Shown: one piece after another, positions 7,391 through 15,966 of the stretch
Layout: each line of letters opens with the position of its first letter
Numbering within the stretch: the stretch's first letter is position 1
Source: Parcubacteria group bacterium GW2011_GWE2_39_37
Lineage (GTDB): Bacteria; Patescibacteriota; Patescibacteriia; Patescibacteriales; GWE2-39-37
DNA: 64,000 bases
Assembly: GCA_000995135.1 (NCBI GenBank)
Contig: LBWY01000010.1
Coordinates: forward strand, 10,382-74,381
Reading direction: 5' to 3'
Program-made: the position numbers and the translations under genes
The notes under the pieces: model-generated
What the model saw: the letters and a program-made list of their open reading frames with translations, nothing else
Database searches by the model: none
Told to the model about the DNA's origin: nothing

Positions 7391-8926
7391 TCACAATCCC
7401 TTTTTTTGGCATTCCGCAGCTTTTCTAGTAGTTATTACCAGATAAATGAGAGCTAGATAATAAACTATCATAATCAACCAGCTCAGCCTTCCAGTTTCCC
7501 AACTAGCAAGACCTGGTCTTGCCATAATATTCACTACCCAAATCACATAGCTCAGAATAGCTTGGACCGGAGCGAATATAAACAAGGAAATAGATGGCAA
7601 CAAGAGGCTTATTCCCATGGCTAAAAAAGCTAAAATCATTATCGGTGCCAAGGTCCACAGAATAAGCAAATTACTTAAAGGAGAAATCAAAGCAATCTGT
7701 GAAAAATTCATTGCGATGATCGGAATTGTCGTTATCTGAGCAGCGACAGTTAGACTGACTAATTCCCGAACAAAAAGAAAATTTGGCATTTTCATTTTTT
7801 CCAGCCAACGAGTTGTCACTGGGTAACAATAGATGATGCCCAGGAGAGCTAAAAAACTTAACTGAAAACCTATGTCATCCCGTAGGATTTTCGGGTTTAT
7901 CAAAATCATTATTGCGGCTGAAAAGACCAACGAATTTTCCAGTTTGGACAGACGTCCTAGATAGGCTGCCCAAAGCACCAATGCACTCATTACCCCTGCC
8001 CTTACCGCAGAAACTGGCGCCCCGATCAAAACAATATAAAAGAAAATGATTATGACAGAAAAATAAAAAGCTTGCTTGCGCCACAGCCCAAAAAATAATA
8101 GCAACCAGAAAAGCCAAACTATTAACAAAGTGATATTCATTCCAGAAATGGCAACAATGTGGCTGAGACCGGTTTTGGCAAAATTTTCTCGCAGATCTGT
8201 TGGCAGTCCTTTTTGGTCGCCCAGAATCATGCCGCGAGTCAGTGAAGCTTCTGGTTCGACCAAGCCGTTGTTGATTACGGCTCGCAACTGGTTTTTTATC
8301 TGATAGATTTTGTTATAAAAAATATATGAGAAACTGGTGTCATCCGATTCCAATTTAAGCATCTGTGGAAAATAGCAGACTGAATAAATATCAAATCGAG
8401 CCAGATATCTATCATAGGCGAATTCTTCAAAATTTTTCGGTTTTTTCAGTTGACAATGAATCTTGACTACATCGCCATACTCAAACCCTGGATACAAGTT
8501 CGTGGTCACTAAAAGATTGCCATCAATTTCCTTTTTTGAATTATCAAGATATTTAGCTGTAACTACGTATTTGACTTGGTTTTCCCTTATGTCCGGCTCG
8601 GCTTTTATTACTCCCTCGAGTGTTACTTTCTGGTCATTGTAATGCCATATTTTATTATCTCCATCGATTGGTATAGATAAACTGTATCGCCAAAAGGCAA
8701 AAAACAAAATAGCCAAAAGGCAGAAAAGTAGAGACGCAAAATCTTGCGTCTCTACGAGATTATTCAGGGATAACAATGTAATAATTAGGCAACCGATCGC
8801 TAAGCCGAACCACCACAAATCATTTTTTATTACTTCGACCGGCAACAAGGAAGCAAAAAAAATTCCGACAATAAAAACTAAGTTCAAAAATATGAATATT
8901 TTTGATTTGGTTAAGACGATCTTCAT
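7391..8926 (-). CDS. comEC: ComEC/Rec2 DNA internalisation channel: DUF4131-like plus competence membrane domain, without MBL domain
   Basis: GLSHIVAISGMNITLL motif, polytopic membrane core and an N-terminal OB-like region between TM helices. Confidence 0.85.
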   Translation of the reverse strand: MKIVLTKSKIFIFLNLVFIVGIFFASLLPVEVIKNDLWWFGLAIGCLIITLLSLNNLVETQDFASLLFCLLAILFFAFWRYSLSIPIDGDNKIWHYNDQKVTLEGVIKAEPDIRENQVKYVVTAKYLDNSKKEIDGNLLVTTNLYPGFEYGDVVKIHCQLKKPKNFEEFAYDRYLARFDIYSVCYFPQMLKLESDDTSFSYIFYNKIYQIKNQLRAVINNGLVEPEASLTRGMILGDQKGLPTDLRENFAKTGLSHIVAISGMNITLLIVWLFWLLLFFGLWRKQAFYFSVIIIFFYIVLIGAPVSAVRAGVMSALVLWAAYLGRLSKLENSLVFSAAIMILINPKILRDDIGFQLSFLALLGIIYCYPVTTRWLEKMKMPNFLFVRELVSLTVAAQITTIPIIAMNFSQIALISPLSNLLILWTLAPIMILAFLAMGISLLLPSISLFIFAPVQAILSYVIWVVNIMARPGLASWETGRLSWLIMIVYYLALIYLVITTRKAAECQKKGL

Positions 8927-8948
8927 AATCCTCCTTCACGAAGTCTAT

Positions 8949-9173
8949 CTATGACTCTCCTACGAATTTAAATCTTGGCAATTCTTCTCCGTTTATAACG
9001 ACATTTTCCAAAAACATCTTTTTGGGCCTTACCCAAAGAGAATTTTTTCCATACTTTTCATGAACATACAATGCCTGATAAACAACTAGCTCCTCTAAAG
9101 TTTCACTATGATTAGCAACGCCGATAACATTATAAAAATTACCTTTATAATGTTGATATTTTCCTAAGCGCAT
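8949..9173 (-). CDS. DUF1653 family protein
   Basis: YQHYKGNFYNVIGVANHSETLEELVVYQALY...WVRPKKMF pattern. Confidence 0.7.
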   Translation of the reverse strand: MRLGKYQHYKGNFYNVIGVANHSETLEELVVYQALYVHEKYGKNSLWVRPKKMFLENVVINGEELPRFKFVGES

Positions 9174-9192
9174 AAGAATATTAAAACATTGA

Positions 9193-10290
9193 TTAGATTT
9201 TTCTCAGCGATCGCAGGTAGGCTTCCATAAACCCTTCCAACTCCCCATCCAAAACCGCTTTGATATCCGGTGTTTCAAAATTTGTTCGATGATCTTTTAC
9301 TAATTGATATGGTTGCATAACATAAGACCTGATCTGCTTGCCCCAATCTGCTTTTACTGCATCGCCCTTTAATTTTTGCTCTTCGGTTTCTCTTGCCTCT
9401 TCTTGTAATTTAAGCAATTTAGATTTGATGATTTTTAAGGCTGTTTCTTTATTCTGATGTTGCGAACGTTCAGTTTGGCAGGCAACTATGATACCCGTCG
9501 GCTTATGAGTTATTCTAATGGCACTCTCGGTCTTATTTACATTCTGTCCACCAGGTCCGGAAGCGCGATAAGTATCTATTTTCAAATCTTCATCCCTGAT
9601 TTCTATTTCCGCCTCATCGGCAATTTCTGGGATAACCTCCGCCAAAGCAAAAGAAGTGTGGCGCATTTTTTCCGCATCAAAAGGAGAGATGCGCACCAGT
9701 CGATGAACCCCTGATTCGCTTTTCAAATATCCGTAAGCCCACAGACCAGAAATTTTTAAGGTCGAGCTTTTGATGCCAGCCTCACCGCCGGCATTTCGAT
9801 CCAGCACCTCTACTTGCCAGCCCCTTTTTTCCGCAAAGCGGATAAACATTCGTTCAAGAATCTCGGTCCAATCCTGTGCATCCACCCCGCCGGTTCCAGC
9901 ATGTACCGAGACTATGGCATTGTGTCTATCATACTTGCCAGAGAACAAGACAAAAAACTCAAACTTTGCCAGGACATCTTTTAATTCATTATATTTCTGT
10001 TCCGATTCTTCGTTGATTGATAGGTCGCCCTCTTTGCCTGCCTCAGCGACATATTCTTCTAAATCTCTGATTTGTGTCCGTAGCTCCTGCCATTTTTTTG
10101 TCTCTTTCTCCAGCTCTTCGGCGCGCTTGCCTACTAAAATCGCTCTTTCTCGATCATTCCAAAAAGAAGGCTGACTCATCTCCGATTTAAGCTGATTAAT
10201 CTCCTCCAACTGTCGATCAATATCCAAAAGCCGCCACAGATTAAGCAACTTCTCCCGCAACTCTTCAATTTTTTCTAATAGATTTTCCAT
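9193..10290 (-). CDS. prfB: peptide chain release factor 2, unframeshifted
   Basis: SPF tripeptide (RISPFD) and GGQ (SGPGGQNVNK). Start taken at MENLLEKIEE. Single continuous frame. Confidence 0.9.
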   Translation of the reverse strand: MENLLEKIEELREKLLNLWRLLDIDRQLEEINQLKSEMSQPSFWNDRERAILVGKRAEELEKETKKWQELRTQIRDLEEYVAEAGKEGDLSINEESEQKYNELKDVLAKFEFFVLFSGKYDRHNAIVSVHAGTGGVDAQDWTEILERMFIRFAEKRGWQVEVLDRNAGGEAGIKSSTLKISGLWAYGYLKSESGVHRLVRISPFDAEKMRHTSFALAEVIPEIADEAEIEIRDEDLKIDTYRASGPGGQNVNKTESAIRITHKPTGIIVACQTERSQHQNKETALKIIKSKLLKLQEEARETEEQKLKGDAVKADWGKQIRSYVMQPYQLVKDHRTNFETPDIKAVLDGELEGFMEAYLRSLRKI

Positions 10291-10392
10291 GATTATTGAA
10301 TAACAAAATAATACAATAAGCATACTAAATTATCTTATTTTAGACAATGCAACATCTGTCGGCATTACTAAACATCGTCTATGCACAAATTT

Positions 10393-10739
10393 GTCATCCC
10401 CGCGAAGGCGGGATCCAGGTTGAGTATACGCTAATTGTTGATTTTTAAAATTAAATGTATTAATAACAAATTTTTTTGATTTTCCTCCTAGATCCCGGAT
10501 CAAGTCCGGGATGACAAAAAAAGATCTGTCATTCCGACCTTGAGCCGGAATCCAGGGTAAGCTTCACTAACTATTGATTTTGAACTGTTATTTAGATAAC
10601 TTTGTTCTCGCCTCTTCCTCCTGGATCCCGGGTCAAGCCCGGGATGACAAAGTAGGAGTTCTCTGTTATTCCGGCCATTGCCGGAACCCAGGGCATTAGT
10701 TCAATACGTCATTCTCGCGCAGGCGGGAATCCAGGGTAA
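10393..10739. repeat. cluster of six GTCAT...GGAATCC/GGGATCC hairpin repeats in mixed orientation
   Basis: Copies at about 10393-10420, 10485-10517 (inverted), 10526-10560, 10617-10652 (inverted), 10663-10695 and 10707-10739. Stem sequences differ between copies but stay self-complementary. Confidence 0.8.
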
Positions 10740-10789
10740 TTGCTTTAAATAGTTGATTCTAAAAACACCTTAATATGTTTTATACATTA

Positions 10790-10819
10790 CACGTTTCCAC
10801 GTTATACGTTCCACGTTAT
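10790..10819. repeat. tandem ACGTT(T)CCACGTTAT direct repeat
   Basis: acgtttccacgttat followed by acgttccacgttat, immediately 3' of the htrA stop. Confidence 0.5.
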
Positions 10820-10826
10820 GGGAAGA

Positions 10827-12062
10827 CTATTTCATCTCCTCCAACTTGATCTTAACGTCCTTTCTTTGACCATTACTAAGCACCTTTAGAGTTACCTCTT
10901 CCCCTATCTTGTATTTATTTATTTCCGTAACCAAGGAATTCTTTTCATCTATCCTTACCCCATTCACCTCATAAATTATATCATTCGCCTTTAGGCCCGC
11001 CCTGTCAGCCGGTGACCCAGGGATTACGGCGACATCTGTCGAGGTTGCTCCCTGCACGATGAGGGCGCCATAATCCATAGGCAGCTGTTTGGCATCTGAC
11101 AAGGCCTTATTTATTATCTGATAACGCACCCCCAGCCAGGGCCTAATTATCCTGCCGCTCTGCTTGACGCTGTTGATTGCGCTTTTGACCTCATCTATCG
11201 GGATAGCAAAACCTATGCCTTGCGCGCCTTGAGCGACAGCCGTATTAATGCCGATGACCTGACCGGAGATATTCAACAAAGGTCCGCCGGAATTCCCCGG
11301 ATTAATTGAAGCGTCGGTCTGAATTACCCCTACCAGCTGTTCACTGCCACCCTCCCCATCTGCCAGTACGGATCTCGACAGACCGGAAATTATACCTTTG
11401 GAAACAGAATTGCTGAATTCTCCCAAGGCATTGCCTATGGCGATTACAGTCTGTCCTACTTTTAGGTTAGAGCTTTCACCCAATTCAACAGTCGGCAAAT
11501 TATTGGCTTCAATTTTCAAAATCGCCAAATCACTTACATTGTCTCTCGCCAGAACCTTGGCTTGATATTTTTTTTCTCCACGAAGTACTGTATAACTGGC
11601 AGTTTCATCGGTCACTACATGTTTGTTCGTAACAATAAAACCATCCGAAGTGATAATGAATCCGCTGCCACCTCCGACAACTTGTCGTTCTGTACTAGTC
11701 CCGTTGGGTAATAAATTAAAGAAATCTTCAAAAGGATTATTTTCTCCAAAAAAATCATCAAAATTAGGCCCAAAAGGGTTGGGCTGGCCGTCCGGCACGA
11801 CCACCGGCACATCCTTTGAAACGATTACGCTCACAACCGCTGGAGAAACCTTATCCACGGCCATCATAGCAGCGGATTCTTCCGCCACGATATCAATATT
11901 TTTTCCATTTTCAATAGACTTAATTTCCCCCTTTAGTAAATTGGCAAAATCTTTGCTCCTTGCCTGTCCCATTAAAAAACCCGCCATTCCGCCAAAGATA
12001 GTGCTGATAATGATTGCTGACGCTATTGTTGCAATAAATAAGTTTTTAAATCTTTGTTCCAT
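10827..12062 (-). CDS. htrA: HtrA/DegP family serine protease with PDZ domain and N-terminal TM anchor
   Basis: TNKHVV (His), DLAILK (Asp) and GNSGGPL (Ser), plus a C-terminal PDZ-like region. Confidence 0.9.
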   Translation of the reverse strand: MEQRFKNLFIATIASAIIISTIFGGMAGFLMGQARSKDFANLLKGEIKSIENGKNIDIVAEESAAMMAVDKVSPAVVSVIVSKDVPVVVPDGQPNPFGPNFDDFFGENNPFEDFFNLLPNGTSTERQVVGGGSGFIITSDGFIVTNKHVVTDETASYTVLRGEKKYQAKVLARDNVSDLAILKIEANNLPTVELGESSNLKVGQTVIAIGNALGEFSNSVSKGIISGLSRSVLADGEGGSEQLVGVIQTDASINPGNSGGPLLNISGQVIGINTAVAQGAQGIGFAIPIDEVKSAINSVKQSGRIIRPWLGVRYQIINKALSDAKQLPMDYGALIVQGATSTDVAVIPGSPADRAGLKANDIIYEVNGVRIDEKNSLVTEINKYKIGEEVTLKVLSNGQRKDVKIKLEEMK

Positions 12063-12233
12063 AGATTAATGATACTTAAAAACGATATCTATCTTGAATT
12101 AATAAATCATTAACCGTTTTAAGACAACAAAAAAAGAAAATAATATGTATTTTCATTTTTTGTTATTCAGGCAATTTTATAGGTAATGAAGTTATTATTC
12201 AAATAGTGAATTTTCTCCGAACTTGTCACATCG

Positions 12234-12358
12234 TCCCTTCCTCTTGGATAAGAGGAAGGACAGGATGGAGTTTGAAACGTAGTCGGATAATATAACAGTT
12301 GTTGCTGTCTTTACCTTCATCAACTCCACCCTAACCCTCCTCTAATCTTAGAGGAGGG
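12234..12358. repeat. two polypyrimidine/polypurine hairpins (CCTTCCTCTT-ggat-AAGAGGAAGG and CCCTCCTCTAA..TTAGAGGAGGG)
   Basis: Seen directly. Similar CCCTC/GAGGG-type hairpins occur at about 2500-2565 and 4575-4597. Confidence 0.5.
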
Positions 12359-12437
12359 GATAATATAGTGAACTTCATGCATATCGGGTTTGCACACAAT
12401 TGTCTATCAAGAACTCTTTTTCTAATAGGAAATCTTA

Positions 12438-12773
12438 TTATTCAGTTGTCTTTTCCAGCTCCTGCTTAAAAAAATCACCGATGTTCAAACTTCCGCTCCC
12501 CGGGTTCATTAATTCTGAATACTGACTAAAAAGATTCTTAAAAATCGGCGGCAAGAATAAGGCACCCAAGATTATCGGCATCACTATCAAGAATAGATAA
12601 ATAAAGCTTAGGATTTTTTGAAAAGTAATATAGCTTTTTATCTTATGGGTCATCTCATGGATCTCCTTAGTCAGTTCAAGATTTTTTTCCATGAGCTCTT
12701 TAAGCTCTTTGGGGCTCAGCTCATCGTTTCCTAACTCAGGCTTTTTTTCTTCTGTTTTTATTTCTTGTTCCAT
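12438..12773 (-). CDS. hypothetical small membrane protein (111 aa)
   Basis: Charged N-terminus and one long hydrophobic segment. Last gene of the nrd cluster. Confidence 0.5.
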   Translation of the reverse strand: MEQEIKTEEKKPELGNDELSPKELKELMEKNLELTKEIHEMTHKIKSYITFQKILSFIYLFLIVMPIILGALFLPPIFKNLFSQYSELMNPGSGSLNIGDFFKQELEKTTE

Positions 12774-12795
12774 TGCTTTTAGTTATATTTTTAAA

Positions 12796-13479
12796 CTATC
12801 CTCTTGTATCACATATTTTTGCATACCTCTTGCCTATGCTTGCCATTGCAGTCATCTCTTTTTCGGTAAATTTTTCTTTAGCTTCCAGATTGCGATCAAC
12901 CAGATCCGTATCGCTTTTGAAAAACTGCAGATACCATTTGTCAGCGCCTTGGATCATTTCACCCATCACCGCTATATCTTCCGTTTGATGCAAGCCTGGC
13001 ACCAGTGTAGTTCTGAACTCATAAGGCAAGCCACTTTCTTTTATAATTTTAATACTTTTTTGGATATTTTCCAAATTTACTGGCGCTCCGACTACCTGTT
13101 CATATTTTTCTAGCGGTGCCTTGATGTCCATGGCGATGTAATTGACCAAGTCAAGCTCGATGACACGTTCGAGCATTTCCGGGTTGGTGCCATTTGAGTC
13201 TAACTTTATTTTATAACCCAAATCTTTGATTTGCTGCAAAAACTCCGGCAAATCAGCGTGAAGTGTCGGTTCTCCTCCGGTTACCACTACTCCATCCAGT
13301 TTCCCGACCCTAAGTTTTAAAAAATCAAAGAGATCATTCATTATGATTGTAGAATGATCTCTTTCATATTTTAACTCGCCAACCTCATTGGGCCAGACAA
13401 GCCCTTGGGTAAATACTATTGCAGCTAATTCTCCCGGATAATCGATTAAGCTAACTTTTTCCAATCCGCCAATTATCAT
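12796..13479 (-). CDS. nrdG: NrdG-like class III RNR activase homolog lacking the CX3CX2C radical-SAM motif
   Basis: LIDYPGELAAIVFTQG, VVVTGGEPTL, KLDSNGTNP, YIAMDIKAP and YEFRTTLVPG all match the NrdG2 pattern. The segment after FTQG reads LVWPNEVGEL, where GCNxxCxYCHN is expected. Confidence 0.8.
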   Translation of the reverse strand: MIIGGLEKVSLIDYPGELAAIVFTQGLVWPNEVGELKYERDHSTIIMNDLFDFLKLRVGKLDGVVVTGGEPTLHADLPEFLQQIKDLGYKIKLDSNGTNPEMLERVIELDLVNYIAMDIKAPLEKYEQVVGAPVNLENIQKSIKIIKESGLPYEFRTTLVPGLHQTEDIAVMGEMIQGADKWYLQFFKSDTDLVDRNLEAKEKFTEKEMTAMASIGKRYAKICDTRG

Positions 13480-13496
13480 TGTTTTTATATTTTATC

Positions 13497-13643
13497 TTAG
13501 CAGTCCTGTAACTGCTTATCATAAGTTTTTCTATCAACAAATTCACTCTTCTTGCCTTTATTCCAATTCTTTACCGGAGTAATCCAACCGACAACGCGGC
13601 TATAAACTATGCACTCTTGTCTTTGTGTTTGTATTGGGCTCAT
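13497..13643 (-). CDS. 48-aa ORF encoding the NrdD C-terminal glycyl-radical motif (MSPIQTQRQECIVYSRVVGWITPVKNWNKGKKSEFVDRKTYDKQLQDC)
   Basis: Below the ORF-track length cut-off. GGAGG-aaaaaat-ATG. VYSRVVGW..PV.NWNKGK..EF.DR matches the conserved class III RNR glycyl-radical C-terminus. Confidence 0.6.
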   Translation of the reverse strand: MSPIQTQRQECIVYSRVVGWITPVKNWNKGKKSEFVDRKTYDKQLQDC

Positions 13644-13717
13644 ATTTTTTCCTCCTATACCCTTCTCCTGTTTTTAGTAAAAGGGTTAGATATTAATTAT
13701 TTTTAATTAAAATTTTA

Positions 13718-13782
13718 ATTGCTATATTGCTATATTGTTAAATTGTTTTTTATAAATGCCAGCAATATAACAATTTAACAAT
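13718..13782. repeat. ATTGTTA-word inverted-repeat element, copy 1
   Basis: attgctatattgctatattgttaaattgtt ... agcaatataacaatttaacaat. The 14-bp stem 13734-13747 pairs with 13769-13782. Lies between the nrdD stop and the glycyl-radical mini-ORF. Confidence 0.7.
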
Positions 13783-13793
13783 AAAACAATTAT

Positions 13794-15869
13794 TTAACAT
13801 TCTACGCAGCCTTCTTCTGCGACTGCTGATCTTATTTCTGTCACCTGAACGTAGCCCATCTCTTCGTCACATTTCGGACAGTATTGATGCTCGCCAGACA
13901 GATAGCCATGTTTCGGACAGATGCTGAAGGTGGGTGTAATTGTATAATACGGCAAACGGTAATTTTCTGCAATTTTTTTCACCAATCTCTTAGCAGCTTC
14001 CGGGTCATTGATCTTCTCTCCCAAAAATCCATGAAGCACAGTACCGCCAGTGTATTTGGTTTGTAATTCATCTTGCAGGTCCAAGGCTTCAAAGATGTCG
14101 TTGGTGAAATCTACCGGCAAATGAGTGGAGTTGGTGTAGTAAGGATCGGCACCCAATTCTTCGACCGCTCGATTATTCGCTACAATGATATCCGGGTATA
14201 GCTCTTTATCCTTCTTGGCAAAACGATAAGTTACGCCTTCAGCCGGCGTGGCTTCCAAATTGTATAAATTGTTAGTCTCATTCTGATAATCCATCAACTT
14301 ATTTCTCATAAAATCAAGGATTTCCAAGGCCATCTCTTTACCCTTTTCAGAGCCGACATTTTCACCGGTCAAATTTACCAAAGCTTCATTCATGCCATTG
14401 ATTCCGATAGTGTTGAAATGATTTTGCCAATAACTTTTGAAACGAGCATAAATATCAACTAGGTAAAATTTGGAATAAGGATACAAACCATCTTCAGTAA
14501 AACGTTCAATCACCTTCCTCTTGATCTCCAAACTCTCTTTAGCCAAATCCATTAATTTCTCCAGGCGTTCAAAGAATTCTTCCTTGGTTTTTGAAAGATA
14601 GCCTAGACGAGCCAGATTGATCGTAACGACTCCCAAACTGCCGGTTAACGGATTGGCGCCGAACAAGCCGCCACCTCTTTTCCTTAATTCGCGGTTATCC
14701 AGGCGCAAGCGACAACACATGCTGCGGGCATCATCTCGGTCCATGTCAGAATTGATGAAATTGGAGAAATATGGGATGCCATACTTTGCAGTCATTTCCC
14801 AAACCGGTTTCAATACTTCTGAATCCCAATTAAAATTCTTGTCTACATTATAAGTTGGAATCGGAAAAGCAAATACTCTTCCGGTCGCATCCCCCTCGAT
14901 CATCACCTCAGCAAAAGCCTTATTAAACATATCCATCTCTGCCTGGAATTCGTTATACTTCTCTGGCATATACTTGCCGCCAATCACTACATTTTCTTCA
15001 CCAGTTTTCTTTGAAGGCGTAATATCTAAAGTAACGTTTATAAACGGCGTCTGAAAACCGACACGGGTTGGCACATTGACATTGAACATGAACTCTTGTA
15101 AGCATTGCTTGACTTCACGGTAGGTCAGATCGTCATAACGGATAAAGGGAGCTAGGTATGTATCGAAGTTGGCAAATGCCTGAGCTCCGGCTGCCTCACC
15201 CTGCATGGTATATAAAAAGTTTACCACCTGACCCAAGGTGCTGCGGAAATGTTTCGGCGGTTTGCTTTGCACCTTCTCGCTGACCCCGGCAAAGCCTTTT
15301 ATCAAAATATCCTTCAAATCCCAACCGCAACAATAAGGGGCAAGCATTCCTAAATCGTGGATATGGAAATCGGCATTGACATGAGCATCGCGGATCGCAT
15401 CCGGATAAAGCTTGTTCAGCCAATAGCGGGCAGAAACAGAAGAGGCGATATAATTATTCAAACCCTGGACCGAAAAACTCATATTGCTATTTTCTTTCAA
15501 ACGCCAATCGGCCTGGCCAAGATAGTCTTGCATCAGCTTTTCTTCATCAATGCGAGAATTCAGTTCTCTGAGTTGTCTGTGTTGGTCTCGATAGATGATA
15601 TAGGCCTTGGCAATATCGATCTTCCTGCTAGAGATGAGGACTTCTTCTACTATATCTTGGATCTCTTCCACTGCCGGAATAGATCGAGGATGGAATCTTT
15701 TAGCAATCTGCCCAACTACTTCCTTGGTTAATTTTTCTGCGAGTTCCTGATCCGGCTCTCCGACTGCCTCAGTAGCCTTAAAAATCGCATGGGAAATCTT
15801 TTCTTCGTTAAATTCCACAATGTCACCTGATCGTTTTCTTAGGTGGGTAATTTTGTTTTCGCTTGGCAT
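13794..15869 (-). CDS. nrdD: anaerobic ribonucleoside-triphosphate reductase NrdD, ending before the glycyl-radical motif
   Basis: N-terminal ATP-cone, SMCCRLRLD, GSLGVVTINL and TPTFSICPKHGYLSGEHQYCPKC Zn site. It then ends with a 21-aa non-canonical tail. Confidence 0.9.
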   Translation of the reverse strand: MPSENKITHLRKRSGDIVEFNEEKISHAIFKATEAVGEPDQELAEKLTKEVVGQIAKRFHPRSIPAVEEIQDIVEEVLISSRKIDIAKAYIIYRDQHRQLRELNSRIDEEKLMQDYLGQADWRLKENSNMSFSVQGLNNYIASSVSARYWLNKLYPDAIRDAHVNADFHIHDLGMLAPYCCGWDLKDILIKGFAGVSEKVQSKPPKHFRSTLGQVVNFLYTMQGEAAGAQAFANFDTYLAPFIRYDDLTYREVKQCLQEFMFNVNVPTRVGFQTPFINVTLDITPSKKTGEENVVIGGKYMPEKYNEFQAEMDMFNKAFAEVMIEGDATGRVFAFPIPTYNVDKNFNWDSEVLKPVWEMTAKYGIPYFSNFINSDMDRDDARSMCCRLRLDNRELRKRGGGLFGANPLTGSLGVVTINLARLGYLSKTKEEFFERLEKLMDLAKESLEIKRKVIERFTEDGLYPYSKFYLVDIYARFKSYWQNHFNTIGINGMNEALVNLTGENVGSEKGKEMALEILDFMRNKLMDYQNETNNLYNLEATPAEGVTYRFAKKDKELYPDIIVANNRAVEELGADPYYTNSTHLPVDFTNDIFEALDLQDELQTKYTGGTVLHGFLGEKINDPEAAKRLVKKIAENYRLPYYTITPTFSICPKHGYLSGEHQYCPKCDEEMGYVQVTEIRSAVAEEGCVEC

Positions 15870-15878
15870 GGGATGTCT

Positions 15879-15906
15879 TGAAACTTGAAACTTGGAACTT
15901 GTTAAC
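15879..15906. repeat. four tandem CTTGRAA-like heptamers directly upstream of the nrdD start
   Basis: cttgaaa cttgaaa cttggaa cttgtta. Confidence 0.5.
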
Positions 15907-15966
15907 TTTCTCTCTTGAAAGCTATCCGTTTCTGAGTTTATAAGTTATGGATTATATGAATTATTT

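Noticed and set aside
9193-10323. Programmed +1 frameshift expected in prfB.
   Set aside because: The RF2 reading frame is continuous through the usual site (..REKLLNLWRLLDIDRQ..). There is no in-frame TGA and no CTTTGAC motif. It is simply an unframeshifted prfB, as in many bacteria.
10393-10739. Possible CRISPR array, because short repeats are clustered with spacers.
   Set aside because: The units alternate in orientation and differ in sequence and length. The spacers are irregular (about 5-65 bp). Each unit is itself a hairpin of a family dispersed across the window. No cas genes or leader are present.
13644-13860. Group I intron in nrdD, by analogy with the phage T4 nrdD/sunY intron.
   Set aside because: The insert is only about 240 nt and very AT-rich. 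It is dominated by a repeat found at non-coding loci, and shows no recognisable P3-P7 GC-rich core. The downstream piece has its own strong SD and ATG. Splicing is still listed as a refutation test.
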